Source: Polyangiaceae bacterium
Lineage (GTDB): Bacteria > Myxococcota_A > Polyangia > Polyangiales > Polyangiaceae
Direction: 5' to 3'
Length of the DNA: 46,449 nucleotides
Assembly: GCA_035063585.1 (NCBI GenBank)
Contig: JAPSGB010000036.1
Location: forward strand, 1-46,449
Positions 8,451 to 19,848 of this stretch are shown one piece after another (within the stretch, counting starts at the first letter, position 1; each line of letters starts with the position of its first letter). The position numbers and the translations under genes are program-made. The notes under the pieces were generated by a model. It ran no database searches, had not been told where the DNA came from, and worked only from the letters and a program-made list of their open reading frames with translations.

Positions 8451-10256
8451 ATGACGAGCCCGCCCCGCGTCGAGTCGCTCCACCCGCTCTTCGAGCGATG
8501 GGCGCGCCGAGTGCGCCGGCGGCTCGCGCTCCGGCGGGTGCTCACCGGGCTCGCCTGGGGGCTAGCGGCGGGCGGCGGCGCGGCGGTCGCCGCGTGGTAC
8601 CTGCGGCACGGCGCGCTCCGGCCGTGGGCGGCGCTCTTCGGCGTCGCGGGCGCGCTCTTCGGCCTCGCGGTGGCGCTCCGCCGGCGCTGGTCGGACGCCG
8701 AGGTCGCGCTCTACCTCGACGCGCGCCTCGGCGCCGACGAGGTCATCAGCACGGCGCTCGCGCTCGAGGCGGCGCCCGGGCCGTCGGCCAACGCCGAGGC
8801 CGCCATCGCGGCGCGCGCCGCGCGCGCGCTCGGCGAGGGGGATCCCAGCCGGGCGCGGCCGCGCGTGCTCGCTCGCGCGCACGGGGTCGCGCCGCTCGCC
8901 GGCGCGCTGGTCGCGGCGATGAGCCTCCTGCCCTTGCCGCCCTCGCCGCCGGCCCCGCCGCCGCCGCCCGGCGCCGAGCGAGTGAAGCTCGAGCGGCTCG
9001 CGGGGCTCGACGCCATCATCGCGCTCGAGCGCCTGGCGACCAAGACGGACGCGGAGCGCGAGCGGCTGAAGCAGATCGCCGAGGACGCGAAGCGGCTCCG
9101 CGCCGGGCTCCGCGAAGGCATGGAGCAGCGCGAGGCCCAGGCGGAGATCGCGCGGCTGCGCGACGAGATCGCCGCGGAGCGGCTCGACCTCGGCGATCAG
9201 AAGAACCGCGCCGGGCTCGAGGCCGCGGTGGGCGCGCTCGCCAAGAACGACGCGCTGAAGGACGCGGCCAAGGCGCTCGGCGACGGCGATCTGGTCGACT
9301 TCGACCAGGAGATGCAGAAGCTCGCGAACCTGGCGGAGCGGGAGGCGCGCGAACAGGCCAAGCAGGCGCTCGAGGAGGCCGAGAAAGCCGCGCGCGAGCG
9401 CGGCGCCGGCGACGTGGCAAGCTCCCTCGCGGAGCAGCGCGAGGCCTTCGCGCAGCGCGAGGCCCGGGCCGAAGCGCTCCGAGAGCTCGCGCGGGGGCTC
9501 GAGGGCCATCTCTCGGAGCAAGCGAGGCGCGATCTCGAGGAATTCGGCGAGACGGGCAGCCCCGAGGCGCAGAAGCGCCTCGCGGAGTCGCTCGAGCAGG
9601 CGCTCGAGGGCCTGTCACCCGAGGAGCGGAAGCGGCTGGCGGAGCGTCTGCAAAAACAGATGGAAGGTGAGGGCGGCGCCGCGCCCTCCCCGCTGACCCG
9701 CGAACAGATCGAAGCGCTCGCAAGGAAGCTCGCCGACCCCAAGGGGCAGCAGGAGCTCGCGGACCAAATGAAGGAGCTCGCCCGCCAAGCGCCCTCGGCA
9801 GGCGCGGAGCGGCAGCAGGGCCTCGACGAGGCAGAGCGCGGCGGCGCCGAGGCGCAGCAGGGGCTCGGCGCGACCCCGATGCCGATGCCCGGCGAGACCG
9901 GCGGGGGCGCGCCGGGCGAGAAGCCCGCACCGAGCGGCAACCCCGGCGGCGATCCGTCGAAGCACCCCCCCGGGGGCCCCGGCAGCCACCATGACACGGG
10001 GCGTGGAGATCACTCCGGCTCGACCGGCGAGGTCGCGGGCGGGCAGCTCCGGGCCAAGGCGAGCGCGCGCGTGAACCCCGGCGCGCCGCTCCACGGCGCC
10101 ACGCTCGGCCGCGCGCCCGGGCGCGCGGGCGAGACGGCCAATCAGGCGGGCACGGGCGCGCTCGGCACGGTCGGTCCGACCGAGCTCGACGGGGTCGAAC
10201 GCAACCAGGTACCCGAGGAGTACCGCGAGCAGGTCGGGCGTTACTTCCAACCATGA
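8451..10256 (+). CDS. Membrane-anchored coiled-coil protein (DUF4175-like architecture)
   Basis: Three N-terminal hydrophobic segments, long E/A/K/R/Q coiled coil, G/P-rich region, C-terminal VPEEYREQVGRYF motif. ATG 8451 preferred to TTG 8406. Confidence 0.75.
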   Translation: MTSPPRVESLHPLFERWARRVRRRLALRRVLTGLAWGLAAGGGAAVAAWYLRHGALRPWAALFGVAGALFGLAVALRRRWSDAEVALYLDARLGADEVISTALALEAAPGPSANAEAAIAARAARALGEGDPSRARPRVLARAHGVAPLAGALVAAMSLLPLPPSPPAPPPPPGAERVKLERLAGLDAIIALERLATKTDAERERLKQIAEDAKRLRAGLREGMEQREAQAEIARLRDEIAAERLDLGDQKNRAGLEAAVGALAKNDALKDAAKALGDGDLVDFDQEMQKLANLAEREAREQAKQALEEAEKAARERGAGDVASSLAEQREAFAQREARAEALRELARGLEGHLSEQARRDLEEFGETGSPEAQKRLAESLEQALEGLSPEERKRLAERLQKQMEGEGGAAPSPLTREQIEALARKLADPKGQQELADQMKELARQAPSAGAERQQGLDEAERGGAEAQQGLGATPMPMPGETGGGAPGEKPAPSGNPGGDPSKHPPGGPGSHHDTGRGDHSGSTGEVAGGQLRAKASARVNPGAPLHGATLGRAPGRAGETANQAGTGALGTVGPTELDGVERNQVPEEYREQVGRYFQP

Positions 10257-10335
10257 GCGCAGCGCGCAGGAGCCGCCCGCGAACCCGCTTGCCCGGGCAC
10301 GAGCGGGGTGAGGTAGGCTCGCGCGAGAGAACACG

Positions 10336-11373
10336 ATGAGCGACGACGCGACGAGCTTCGAAGCGCGCCTCACGGAGGCGCGCGCCACCGGCGAGCGGCT
10401 GAAGCAGGCCATCGCCGAGGTGATCGTCGGCCAAGACGCCGTGGTCGAGCAGGTGCTGTGGGCGATGATCGCGGGCGGCCACGTGCTGCTCGAGGGCGCG
10501 CCCGGGCTCGGCAAGACGCTGCTCGTCCGCACCCTCGCCTCGTGCCTCGATCTCCGCTTCTCGCGCATCCAGTTCACCCCGGACCTGATGCCGAGCGACG
10601 TGACCGGCGCGAACGTGCTGGTGATGGACGCCTCGGGCGGCTCGACCGGCCGCTTCGAGCTGCACCGCGGCCCGATCTTCGGGCAGCTCGTGCTCGCCGA
10701 CGAGATCAACCGCGCCACCCCGAAGACCCAGAGCGCGCTGCTCGAGGCGATGCAGGAGCACGCGGTCACCATCGCCGGCACCCGACACGTGCTCGAGGAG
10801 CCGTTCTTCGTGCTCGCGACCGAGAACCCCATCGAGATGGAGGGCACCTACCCGCTCCCCGAGGCGCAGCTCGATCGCTTCCTGCTCAAGGTCCTGGTGC
10901 CGAACCCGTCCGAGGACGAGCTCACGCAGATCGTCGCGCGCACCACGGGTCACGCCGCGGCGCCGCCCACCGCGGTGCTCCGGCGCGCGGAGGTGCTCGC
11001 GCTCCGCGAGCTGTGCCGAGACGTCGCGGTCGCCGAGCCGGTGCTGCGCTACGCGGCGCGGCTGGTCGGGGCGAGCGTCCCCGAGAGCACGAGCGCGCCC
11101 GAGCTGGTGCGCCGCGCGCTCCGCTTCGGCGCGGGCGTGCGCGGCGCGCAGTCGCTGGTGCTGGCCGGCAAGGCGATGGCGCTCTTCGAGGGCCGCGCGC
11201 ACGTCGCCTTCGCGGACATCGCCCGCGTCGCGCCGGCGGTCCTGCGCCACCGCCTGATCCGCAGCTTCGAGGGAGAGGCGGACGGCGTCACCACCGACCA
11301 GGTCATCGAGGCGCTGCTCGCCGCCGTCCCCACTCGGCCCGAGCCGGTGGAAGCCGCGCTCCGAGCCTCGTAG
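10336..11373 (+). CDS. moxR: MoxR-family AAA+ ATPase
   Basis: Walker A GAPGLGKT, RIQFTPDLMPSD, Walker B LADEINRA, EGTYPLPEAQLDRF. Confidence 0.95.
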   Translation: MSDDATSFEARLTEARATGERLKQAIAEVIVGQDAVVEQVLWAMIAGGHVLLEGAPGLGKTLLVRTLASCLDLRFSRIQFTPDLMPSDVTGANVLVMDASGGSTGRFELHRGPIFGQLVLADEINRATPKTQSALLEAMQEHAVTIAGTRHVLEEPFFVLATENPIEMEGTYPLPEAQLDRFLLKVLVPNPSEDELTQIVARTTGHAAAPPTAVLRRAEVLALRELCRDVAVAEPVLRYAARLVGASVPESTSAPELVRRALRFGAGVRGAQSLVLAGKAMALFEGRAHVAFADIARVAPAVLRHRLIRSFEGEADGVTTDQVIEALLAAVPTRPEPVEAALRAS

Positions 11374-11374
11374 C

Positions 11375-13434
11375 ATGCGCGTCGCAGCGACTCTCCTCGC
11401 CGCCGCGCTCGTCGTGCTCGGCATCACCTCGCGCGCGCTCGCCGCGCCCGTGACCTCCGCTCGGCTCGCGCTCGACGCGGCGGCCACGCTCGGCAGCGGC
11501 TCACCCATCACGGACGGCTGGTTCAGCATCGTCGTGCGCCTCGAGAACCTCGGCGACGAGCGCCTCGACGGCACCCTCGAGGCGACGAGCGCGCTCACTT
11601 ACGTGAACGGCTCCGCGGTGGTGACGCGCGCGCCGTTCTCGCTCGCCGGCAAGGGGCTCGTGAGCCTCGAGCTGCCGGTGCACGGCTTCGCGATGAGCCC
11701 GCCCACCGTGACGGTTCGAGCGCTCGACGCGCGCGGGCGGCAGCTCGTCGAGGCGACCCTCGCCGATCCGAAGAGCGCCGACCCGCTGCTGTTCGATCTC
11801 AGCGTGCCGAGCCGGGTGCTGCCCGCGCTCAAGAACCTCGATCTTGCCGTCGCGCGCCGCACGGGCCTGCGCGGGGCCTCCGGCAACGCGCAGCTCACGG
11901 TGGCGACGCCGCAGCTGAACCCCGCGACCGGCGATCCGATCCTGCCCGACCGCGCGCCGAGCTACGCGAGCGTGACGGTGGTCCTCGCCAAGAGCGAGAC
12001 GCTGGCGCGGCTCAGCGGCCCCGAGCTCACCGCGCTCACCGGCTGGGTGATGGCCGGCGGCGCGCTCGCGATCGTGGTGACGCGGCCGGAGGACCTGCGC
12101 GGGCCGCTCATCACCGCGCTCGTGGGCCGACCGCCCGAGGAGACGCGCCCCGCCGACGCGCTCCGGCGCGGGCGCGACTTCCTCGTGATGCCCGACCCTG
12201 CCACCGCGCCGATGCCCCCCTCCGGTGGCCCGCCCGCCCCGGTGCTGCGGCGGGCCGCGCCCGGCGCGGCCGTCGCAGAGGAGCTCCGCGGCTTCACGGG
12301 TGGAAACCTCGCCGACAGCCCCTGGGGCGCCTCGGCGAGCTACGGGCTCGGCGAGGTGCATCTGCTCGCGTTCGACGCGACGCGCGAGCCGTTCGTGAGC
12401 GACGGTTGGGTGCAGGCGGAGCTCGCCGATCTGGTGCGTCATGCCTGGCAGCGCACCACGACCATCGCGCTGCCGCTCGGCCAGCTCCCGGTCGATGCGG
12501 CGAGCCAACGAGAGATCCGAAAGCAGCTCGACCCGAACGAGGGCTCGCGCTGGGCGATCGTGGTCGCGACCTTGCTCCTGCTCGGCTACGCGGTGCTGGC
12601 CGGCCCGGTGACGTTCCACCTGGCCGCGCGGCGCGGCCGGCCGCTCTCTGCGCTCGCTCGCCTGCCCATCTGGGCGGGCGGCGCGATGGCGGCGGTCGTG
12701 GTGCTCGGCGTGCTCGCCAAGGGGGTGCGCGGGCGCGCGCGCGAGCTCACGCTCATCGAGGCGGGCGCCGGCATGTCGCGCGGCGCCGCCACGCGTTTTC
12801 GCGGTTTCTACGCGGGGAACGCCGACGAGCTCACCGTGCGCGGCACCGAGCGCGAGAGCGTGCTCGACGTCGCGGGCGAGACCGAGGGCACCGGGCGCGA
12901 GCTCGTCGTCGACCGCGACGGGGCGCGACTCGAGCGGCTGCGCGCCAAGCCGTGGCAGACCGTGATGGTGCGCGAGGACGGCCTCGCGGAGCTCGGCGGC
13001 GGGGTGAGCCTCCTCGCCCGACCCGACGGCCAAGTGGCGGTGAAGAACCGCGCGGGACGCGACCTGGTCGGGGTGCTCTTGGCGCTCCCGTCGGGCGGGC
13101 TCGTGAGCTTCCCGCGCATCGCGGATGGCGCGCTGGCGCTGAGCGGCGACGGACACCGCGTGCCCAGCGGCCTCGGCGCGGCGGCCGCCACGCCCGCGCC
13201 GCATCGCCTCGACGCGGCGCGCCTCACCGAGTACGTCGAGCCCGCGGCGCGCGGCGCGGGCGCCGCTTGGGCGGCGCTCGAGGCGCTCGCGTCGAGCGAC
13301 ACCGACTGGTGGCCCGAGCGCGTGCCGGTGCTCGTCGGGCAGCTCGACGGCGGCGACGGCCGCATGACCGACTCCGGGCTCCGCATCGACAAGAGCCGCG
13401 TGCTCGTGCGCGTGGTCGGCTTCGGAGGCGTCGA

Positions 13435-13438
<4 letters not shown>
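11375..13438 (+). CDS. Exported membrane protein with class-I GATase-like domain and two central TM helices
   Basis: Signal peptide; LTALTGWVMAGGALAIV...SYGLGEVHLLAFD pattern; TM pair around residues 395-450. Confidence 0.7.
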
Positions 13439-14546
<1,108 letters not shown>

Positions 14547-14550
<4 letters not shown>

Positions 14551-16262
14551 GCCTGCAGACGGGCCGCTCGTCGCTCCCGCCGCCCTCGTCGCGGCGCATC
14601 GACCTCGCGCGCACGCGGCTCCGCGGGCTCCGTGACGATCCGAACCCGGTGTGGATGCGCGAGCTCAGGCAGGCCGCGCGGCTGCAGCGCACGCCCATCA
14701 TCCTCGCGGTGGTCACCGGGATGATGACGCTGCTGATGGCGTCGGTGGGCGGCGTCGCGAGCACCTCGACGGAGCCCGCCAAGGTCGGCATCGCGCTCTA
14801 TCACACGTTCTTCTCGATCGCGTTCTTCGTGGTGACCTGGATCGGGCCTACCGTCGCCGCGAGCACCATCGCCAGCGAGCGCAGCGGCCGGACGTGGGAG
14901 GCGCTGCTCCTCACCGGGATCGGCGCGCCCGCGATCGCCCGCGGAAAGCTGCTCGCGTCGCTCACCTACGTCGGGCTCTACATCGTGATGCTCGCGCCGG
15001 TCGGCGCGCTGCCGTTCCTGTTCGGCGGGGTCGCCGCCACCGAGGTGCTCGCTGCCTTCGCGCTCCTCGGCTTGTTCGCGGTCTTGAGCGTCGCGTTCGG
15101 GCTCAGCATGAGCTCGAAGTTCACGAGCAACGCGGCCGCGGTCGGCGTGACGCTGCTCATCGCCGTCCCCCTCTCCATCGTCGCGTACCTCTTGCTCGGC
15201 GTGGCGCTGTCGTTCGGCGCGCACGAGCTCTGGCCGGGCGTGCCCGGCGGCCCGCCGGTGTGGCTGCCCACCGCTTATGCGCGCGCCGACTTCGGCGCCG
15301 AGTACCTGGTGTTCCTGGTGGCGGTGCCGGTGGTGCTCGTGCTGCTGCCTGCTTGGTTCCTCTACGAGGTGACCATCGCGAACATGGCCGGCGTGAGCGA
15401 CGACCGCTCGAGCGGCCTTCGCCGCTGGTTCTTGGTCTGCTTGCCGCTCCTCTCGCTGGCAGGGCTCGCGCCCGCGGCGGCGCTGCCCGGCAATTCGGCT
15501 CCCTATACCGTGGTCGGCCTCGGGCTCGTGAGCCTCATGTGCGGGTTCGCGGTGTTCGTGTTCGTCGGCGAGCCGCTCGGGCCCTCGCGCCGCGTCGAGG
15601 TGCACTGGGAACGCGAGCGCGCGAGCAGGCTCCGGCGCTTCCTCGGCCCCGGCCTGATCCGAGCCATGTCGCTCTTGCTCCTGCTCGGGCTCGCCGGTCT
15701 GGCGCTCGAGAGCGCGGTCGGCGTCGCGCTGGCGTTCTTCGGCGGGCGCTCGGCGGGCGCGCCGGACGACGCGCTCCGCATCGCGAGCTTCGCGGGATAC
15801 GCCATGTGCTTCACCGTCTTCCTCGCCGGCCTCGGCGCGTGGCTCCGCGCGCGTTCGTTGTCGGCCTCCTCTCCGCGGGTGGTGCTCGCCGGTGCGCTAT
15901 TTCTTTCCATGGCCGGGCCCTGGATCCTCACGGCGATCTTCGGGCTCTTCGCCTCGCACGGCAAGGACGCCCTCCTCGTCGCCGCACCCTCGCCGACCTT
16001 CGTGTTCGTGATGATGAAGGCGATCGGCGACCCGAGCCTCGACGCCACGTTCACGCTCATCGCGGGCGGTGCCTGCGCCGCCGGGTGGGCGCTCATCGGC
16101 GTGGCGCTCTTCGCGGCCGCGGCGCGGCGCGCTCGGCGCACGGTGCGCGCACACGAGGACGCGATGTCGAGGCTCGAGAACGCCCTCCGCGAGGAGGACG
16201 AGGCCCGCGATGCGCCGGCGGCCGAGCCCACCACCGCGGCCGCGGCGCCGGGCGAACCATGA
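14547..16262 (+). CDS. ABC-2-type permease, large multi-pass membrane protein
   Basis: NPVWMRELR, IASERSGRTWEALLLT and IARGKL motifs; about 12 hydrophobic segments; ATGA overlap. Confidence 0.85.
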
Positions 16263-17164
16263 GCGCGCCGCCCTCGCTCCTCGACCCCGAGTTCATTCGG
16301 GAGCTCGAGGCCCTGCGTCGCCGGCTGGAGATCCGCGCCCGCTCGGGCGGGCCCGGTGAGCACGCCGCGCGGCGGCGCGGCGGCGCGGCGGAGTTTCAAG
16401 AGCACCGGCCCTACGCCCCCGGCGATGATCTCCGCCGCATCGACTGGCTCGCCTACGCCCGCACCGGCGAGCCGGTCGTGAAGCTCTTCCGCGCCGAGGA
16501 AGACGTCGTGTTGCGGCTCCTGGTGGACGCCAGCGCGTCGCTCGAGTTCGGGGACCCGCCCAAGCTCGAGGTCGCGCGGCGACTCGCCGCCGCGTTCGGG
16601 TACCTGGCGCTCGCCGGCTCCCAACGCGCGCAGCTCCTCCTCGCCGGCGCGCCCCCGGACGCCTCCGAGCCGGGCGGCCTCTCGCGCTGGGCGAGCCCGC
16701 GTCGCGGACGCGGCGGGCTCACCGGCCTGCTCCGCGATCTCGACGGAGCCGCGCCCCACGGAGCGGTGAGCCTCGCAAAGGCGATCGACCAGACGGTCGA
16801 GCGCGCACCTCGCCCCGGCATGCTGGTGGTCTTGAGCGATTTCTTCGACGCGAGCCCGGTGACCCGCGCGCTCGGCCGCGCGCGAGCGAGCGGCCACGAC
16901 GTCGCGCTCGTGCAGATCGTCACCCGCGGCGAAGTGGAGCCGGACTTCGAGGGTGACTTCACCTTGGTCGACGCCGAGACGAGCGCGACGGTCGAGGTGA
17001 CCATGGACGCCGCGGCGATCGAGGCGTACGTGCTCCGCTTCACGGGGCTGGTGGAGGAGCTGCGCGCCTGGGCGCGTCGTCACGGAGCGAGCTATCTCCG
17101 CGTCACGACCGACGAGCCGCTCGAGGGTGTGGTGCGCCGCTTCGTGGCGCGGAGCATCGACTGA
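16259..17164 (+). CDS. DUF58 (VWA-like) protein
   Basis: EFQEHRPYAPGDDLRRIDW, LLVDASAS and VVLSDFF. ATG 16259 overlaps the permease stop. Confidence 0.92.
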   Translation: MSAPPSLLDPEFIRELEALRRRLEIRARSGGPGEHAARRRGGAAEFQEHRPYAPGDDLRRIDWLAYARTGEPVVKLFRAEEDVVLRLLVDASASLEFGDPPKLEVARRLAAAFGYLALAGSQRAQLLLAGAPPDASEPGGLSRWASPRRGRGGLTGLLRDLDGAAPHGAVSLAKAIDQTVERAPRPGMLVVLSDFFDASPVTRALGRARASGHDVALVQIVTRGEVEPDFEGDFTLVDAETSATVEVTMDAAAIEAYVLRFTGLVEELRAWARRHGASYLRVTTDEPLEGVVRRFVARSID

Positions 17165-17202
17165 CCGGGAAAGGCGAGCGGCTTCTGCTACCCTCGAACT
17201 CG

Positions 17203-17871
17203 ATGGAGACCTCACCCGCTCCGCTGGTAGCCGAGGCGCTGCGCCTGCACGCCCGCTACATGGACGAGTTCGTGGAGTCCTACGATCTCTGCCCGTGGGC
17301 GGCGCACTCCCGCCGCGCCGGCCGCGTCCTCGAGCGGGTACTGCTCCAAGAAGATGACGCGCTCGAGCCCACCCTCGAGTTCATCGGGAGCATCGCCCCC
17401 CGGGCGGAGCTCGAGATCGGGCTCGCCATCTTCCCGCGCCTGCGAAAGACGCGCCTCGAGTTCGACCACTTCGTCGCGCGCATCCGCGAGGCCGATGACG
17501 CGCGCCATCCCCGCGGCGAGGCGCCCTTCGCGACCGCCGCCTTCCACCCCGAGGCCTCCCCGGACACGGGGAACGCCGAGCGGCTGATCCCCTTCATGCG
17601 TCGCACCCCCTTCCCGACGCTCCAGCTCGTGCGCTACAGCGTGCTCGAGCGGGCCCACGGGCGCGCGCCGCCCGGCACGCAGTTTCTCGACCTCGACGCC
17701 CTCGGGTCCGGAGTCGGGCTGCTCGAGCCACCGCCCGTGCCGGTCCGTGATCGGGTCGGCCAGAACAACCTCGACACCGCCCGGCGGGTCGGCGTCGAGA
17801 CGCTCGAGCGCGTGCTCGGGGACATCACACGGGATCGGGACGAGACGCTCGCTCGACTCGGTGAGCGCTGA
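17203..17871 (+). CDS. DUF1415-family protein
   Basis: LCPWA, AAFHP and RRTPFPTLQLVR resemble DUF1415 motifs. Confidence 0.7.
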   Translation: METSPAPLVAEALRLHARYMDEFVESYDLCPWAAHSRRAGRVLERVLLQEDDALEPTLEFIGSIAPRAELEIGLAIFPRLRKTRLEFDHFVARIREADDARHPRGEAPFATAAFHPEASPDTGNAERLIPFMRRTPFPTLQLVRYSVLERAHGRAPPGTQFLDLDALGSGVGLLEPPPVPVRDRVGQNNLDTARRVGVETLERVLGDITRDRDETLARLGER

Positions 17872-17901
17872 GGCGCCCCCGCGGCGCCGGCTGGTTCGCC
17901 C

Positions 17902-19848
17902 ATGCCCATCGAGCTCGCGAGCCCCAAGGGACTATGGCTGCTCGGCCTCGTCGTGCCGCTCGTCGCCCTCTACATCCTGAAGGTCCGGCGGCAGCGGCTC
18001 CGGGTCTCCTCCACCTGGCTCTGGGCCGGCGCGGAGCGCGATCTCTTGGCCAAGAGCCCGTTCCGCAAGCTCATCGCGCAGGTGCCGCTCATCCTGCAGC
18101 TCCTCGCGCTCGCGCTGCTCGCGCTCGCGCTCACCCGCCCCGCCACGCGCGGCGGCACGATCATCGGTGACCACGTCGCCATCGTGGTCGACACGAGCGC
18201 CTCGATGGGCGCGAGAGACCCGAGCGGCGAGACGCGCATGGCGGCGGCGAAGCAGGCGGCCCACGACGTCATCGCGGCGCTCGCGCCCGGCTCGGACGCG
18301 ATGCTCGTCGACGCCGGCCGCGAGGCGCGCATCGCCTCTCCGCTCGACCGCGACCGGCGCCGGCTCGACCTGGCCATCGACCGGCTCGAGGTGCGCGAGG
18401 TGGAGGGCAAGCTCGGCCGTGCGGTGGCGCTCGCGTCCGATCGGCTCCGGCAACTTCCGGGCTCGAAGCGCCTCATCGTGATCACCGACGGCGCGCTCGC
18501 CGATCGCGGCGCGCTCGCCGCCGTCACGCTGCCACTCACGGTGGTGAAGGTCGGCGCGCCCGCCTCGAACGCCGCGGTCGTCCGCGTGGACGTGCGGAGC
18601 GGCCGCGACCCGGCGACACGCCGCGACCAGACCCAGGTGTTCGCGATGGTCGCGAACCGCGGCGACGCCAAGCGCGATCTCTTCGTCACGCTGCGCCAAC
18701 GCAACGTCAGCGAGCCGCTCGCCTCGCGCCGCGTGCAGCTCGCCCCCGGGGAGCGCTCGCCGGTGATCCTCACCTTCGAGCCGGCGCCGGGCGACCAGGG
18801 CAGCGGCCTGGTGGTCGAGCTCTCGCCGAGCGACGCGCTCGCGGTCGACGACCGGGCCTACGCCAAAGTCCCGGCGGGACGGCGGCTGACGGTGGTGATG
18901 GCTCCGCCAGGCAAGAGCCCGTGGCTCGAACGCGCCTTCGGCGCGGATCCGGACGTCGAGCTGCTCGGCGCGTCGCTCGCCGAGCTCGACCGCGCGGACG
19001 TCCCGGCCGACGCGCTGGTCGCGGTCACCGGCGCGTGCCCGGCGCGGCTCCCCGGCGCAGACTTCCTCATCGTCGCTCCGCCGAAGGGCCGCTGCCGGAG
19101 CTCGGTGGTCGGCGAGCCGCTCGACAAGCCGTCGATTACCTCGTGGTCGCCGAGCGATCCGCGGCTGCGCTTCCTCACCCTGGACGGCGTGGAGCTCGCG
19201 AGCGCGAGCCGCATCGAGCCGGACGGCCCAGCGGACTCCCTGGTACGCAGCCGCGACGGCACCGTGATGAGCGACCTCTCCTCTCCCGGGCGCTCGGGCA
19301 CGCTGCTCGGCTTCGAGCCCGGCGACAGCAACTGGCCGCTCAAGGCCTCATTCGTGCTCTTCGCGCGCAACCTGCTCGAGCTGGCGCGCGCGCACCGGGA
19401 GAGCGGCATCACCGGCCCCGCGCGCACCGGCGAGCCCGTGAGCGTGCGCGTCCCACCCGACCTCACCGAGGTAGAGCTCGAGGATCCCTCCGGGAAGCGC
19501 GTCAAGCTCCCCGCGCGCGCGGGCCTCGCGGTGGTCCCGGAGGTGGCCCGAGCCGGGTTCTACTTCGTGAGCTGGAAGGGCGCGCGCCCCGGCAGCGCGC
19601 TCATCGCCGCGAACCTCACGAGCGACGCCGAGAGCGATCTGTCGCCGCGCGACCTCGAGGTCGGCGAGCAGGCGCCCGAGGTCGAGAGCGCAGCCCGGCT
19701 CGCCGACGCCCGCACCGACTGGACCTGGCTCATCGCCGCGCTCGCGCTCGCGCTGCTCGGGGCGGACGCCTGGTGGCTCACCCGGCGGCCGCGCCGCGCC
19801 GCCGCGCTCGCGCCGAAGCCGAGGCTCCCGGACCGGAGCGCCGCGTGA
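17902..19848 (+). CDS. BatA-type N-terminal double-TM + VWA domain protein with C-terminal TM anchor
   Basis: PKGLWLLGLVVPLVALYILK...LQLLALALLALALTRP; DTSAS and IVITDG MIDAS parts; C-terminal WLIAALALALLGADAWW. Confidence 0.88.
   Translation: MPIELASPKGLWLLGLVVPLVALYILKVRRQRLRVSSTWLWAGAERDLLAKSPFRKLIAQVPLILQLLALALLALALTRPATRGGTIIGDHVAIVVDTSASMGARDPSGETRMAAAKQAAHDVIAALAPGSDAMLVDAGREARIASPLDRDRRRLDLAIDRLEVREVEGKLGRAVALASDRLRQLPGSKRLIVITDGALADRGALAAVTLPLTVVKVGAPASNAAVVRVDVRSGRDPATRRDQTQVFAMVANRGDAKRDLFVTLRQRNVSEPLASRRVQLAPGERSPVILTFEPAPGDQGSGLVVELSPSDALAVDDRAYAKVPAGRRLTVVMAPPGKSPWLERAFGADPDVELLGASLAELDRADVPADALVAVTGACPARLPGADFLIVAPPKGRCRSSVVGEPLDKPSITSWSPSDPRLRFLTLDGVELASASRIEPDGPADSLVRSRDGTVMSDLSSPGRSGTLLGFEPGDSNWPLKASFVLFARNLLELARAHRESGITGPARTGEPVSVRVPPDLTEVELEDPSGKRVKLPARAGLAVVPEVARAGFYFVSWKGARPGSALIAANLTSDAESDLSPRDLEVGEQAPEVESAARLADARTDWTWLIAALALALLGADAWWLTRRPRRAAALAPKPRLPDRSAA

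Noticed and set aside
18921..19844. N-terminal extensions in the ORF track (1354-aa, 714-aa, 837-aa, 885-aa, 429-aa and 351-aa calls) suggesting fusions
   Set aside because: The extensions overlap upstream genes in another frame; real starts lie at stop/start overlaps or later ATGs.
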